A DNA stretch of 6,446 bases from Promethearchaeota archaeon (GTDB lineage: Archaea; Asgardarchaeota; Thorarchaeia; Thorarchaeales; Thorarchaeaceae): NCBI GenBank assembly GCA_027031765.1, contig JALVPN010000194.1, positions 1 through 6,446 on the forward strand. The letters run 5' to 3'. A model generated the notes under the pieces. The model saw only the letters and a list, made by a program, of their open reading frames with translations, made no database searches and was not told the DNA's origin. Shown piece by piece: positions 5,223 through 6,446 of the stretch (positions are counted from its first letter, which is position 1; every line of letters starts with the position of its first letter). The position numbers were made by a program, and so were the translations under genes.

Positions 5223-6446
5223 TCACAGGCCGCGTGCCCTCATTGCTGCCTGGACTGCAGGGTGACGGAGGACTTCGGGCCAGCCGACCAGACTGTCCAC
5301 GATATGGTCGGGTCTGAGGGCCTTCCTTATGGCAGAGGATATGCGCTGCACAGCACGCCAAGCAGCAGCCACCACGTCCTCAGACTGTTCCAGCTCGGGC
5401 CACCCGGAAACGGCACCGAGGACCTCCCACGGCCGGGGTGACCACTCAATAGCGAGGGCTACCCGTGGCGCACACTCGAGCACTGCACTACGTATTGCCA
5501 CTGAGTCCCGAGTCCCGGGCCAGTCCTTCAGCAGGGCGAGCACATGCCATGGCCTGTCTGACTGTCGCAGCACCTCGGCGACTGCAAGGAGGATGTCCTC
5601 TGACCCGCATAGTTCCGGCCAGTTGGAAACGGTCGCGACCACCTCCGACGGCCTGTCCGACCCCCGGATGGCCTCTGCCAGCTCTGGCGCTCTGCTGGCC
5701 ACAGCACGGGACACCGTTTCAGACTCCCGGATGACAGGCCACTCCAGGAGTGTCCGCAGCAGCCGGTACGGGTCGTCAGACTGGCGTATCGACTCTGCAA
5801 CCCGGGACAGGCTGTCGGTGACCGCGTTGCACACCATTTCGGAGTGCTGTACACCAGGCCACTTTGACACGGCCTCGAGCACGCCACACGGGTCATCAGA
5901 GATACGGACAACATCCGCCAGTGCACTGAGCACCTCTGTTGACCAGCAGACCCATGAGTACCCGGACATCACGGAGAGGGCCTCGTAGGGGGGCTCTGCA
6001 ATGCGGACGGAGTCTGCCAGCGCACAGAGCACCTCGGACGACCTCTGCGCCTCGGGCCAGTCCTGCAGCACTTCGAGTATGTCACCGATGTCCGGAGACC
6101 GACGGATGAGGGCGGCCAGCGAACTGAGCACTTCATCAGACCCGCGGAGCTCAGGCCACCTGGAGAGGGCCCTCAGTATCTCCACTGGTCTGTCAGACAC
6201 CACGACTGCACGGGCCACCTGTGGAGCAGCCCCGGTCACGGCCCTACGGAATGCACCCGAGTCGGACAGGCCGGGCCACCCGGACAGGACGCGCAGCACC
6301 TCCCACGGTCTGGCTGAGTGGCGCACTGCACTGGCCACTGCAGACCTTATCTCCTCAGAACTCAGCAGCGACGGCCACTTGGCCACAGCGGACAGCACAC
6401 CTTCCAGCTCGTTGTCGGCACTACGTATTGATTCTGCTATCCGGGG
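5223..6446 (-). CDS. C-terminal part (407 aa visible) of a helical-repeat protein sharing the STAND protein's repeat; 5'-truncated by the window edge
   Basis: The frame of the supplied 5223..6398 ORF stays open to 6446 (PRIAESIRSADNELEG precedes VLSAVAKW), so GTG 6398 is not the start. Stop TGA at 5225-5223. The whole visible sequence is the SD.PW.VL..(V/L)S.WP....S..V..AVA..(I/V)R repeat. Confidence 0.9.
   Translation of the reverse strand, partial: PRIAESIRSADNELEGVLSAVAKWPSLLSSEEIRSAVASAVRHSARPWEVLRVLSGWPGLSDSGAFRRAVTGAAPQVARAVVVSDRPVEILRALSRWPELRGSDEVLSSLAALIRRSPDIGDILEVLQDWPEAQRSSEVLCALADSVRIAEPPYEALSVMSGYSWVCWSTEVLSALADVVRISDDPCGVLEAVSKWPGVQHSEMVCNAVTDSLSRVAESIRQSDDPYRLLRTLLEWPVIRESETVSRAVASRAPELAEAIRGSDRPSEVVATVSNWPELCGSEDILLAVAEVLRQSDRPWHVLALLKDWPGTRDSVAIRSAVLECAPRVALAIEWSPRPWEVLGAVSGWPELEQSEDVVAAAWRAVQRISSAIRKALRPDHIVDSLVGWPEVLRHPAVQAAMRARGL
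5226..6446 (-). repeat. Coding tandem repeat array, 11 units plus a partial unit
   Basis: Unit starts (lengths in aa): 6422 (35), 6317 (40), 6197 (33), 6098 (33), 5999 (33), 5900 (40), 5780 (40), 5660 (33), 5561 (40), 5441 (40), 5321 (32, terminal). With 8 leading residues these sum to 407 aa. Confidence 0.95.

Noticed and set aside
2768-5361. Other small ORFs in the intergenic region or overlapping the surface-protein gene (e.g. 2768..3052, 2850..3047, 2950..3321, 4437..4940, 4762..5361)
   Set aside because: They have no protein-like features and most overlap a well-supported gene in another frame or strand.
5193-5988. ORFs 5329..5988 (+, 219 aa), 5193..5441, 5465..5734 and 5528..5926
   Set aside because: They are shadows of the repeat gene; stop-free antisense frames are common in GC-rich repeat DNA.
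5226-6446. Assignment of the repeat to ankyrin, TPR, PPR or TALE on length alone
   Set aside because: The diagnostic consensus residues are absent (no TPLH/G of ankyrin, no W-LG-Y/A-F-A-P pattern of TPR, no LTPxQVVAIAS of TALE); a HEAT/ARM-like fold remains possible but untested.

Overview
GC-rich window with three real coding regions. Codon usage (frequent AGG/AGA Arg and ATA Ile) and protein style suggest an archaeal source, possibly Asgard/Thorarchaeota; this is inference. (1) A minus-strand ORF absent from the supplied track because it runs off the left edge (ATG 2561 to <1, at least 853 codons, hand-translated without a stop). It encodes an NLR-like STAND protein: helical N-terminal domain of unknown function, P-loop NTPase with helical and winged-helix parts, then a C-terminal array of Trp-rich helical repeats. 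(2) A divergent plus-strand gene (about 3052-5118) for a type I membrane-anchored surface protein with signal peptide, unknown beta-rich domain, beta-propeller, transmembrane helix and RRKR. (3) The 3' end of a second minus-strand gene (>6446-5223) built entirely of the same repeat. The best lead is this repeat, which I cannot assign to a known family. It occurs in two discrete lengths (33 and 40 aa) mixed in different orders in the two genes, with a covarying residue and hypervariable positions, consistent with a diversifying sensor in an NLR-like gene cluster. A graded pentamer microsatellite lies in the convergent intergenic gap.
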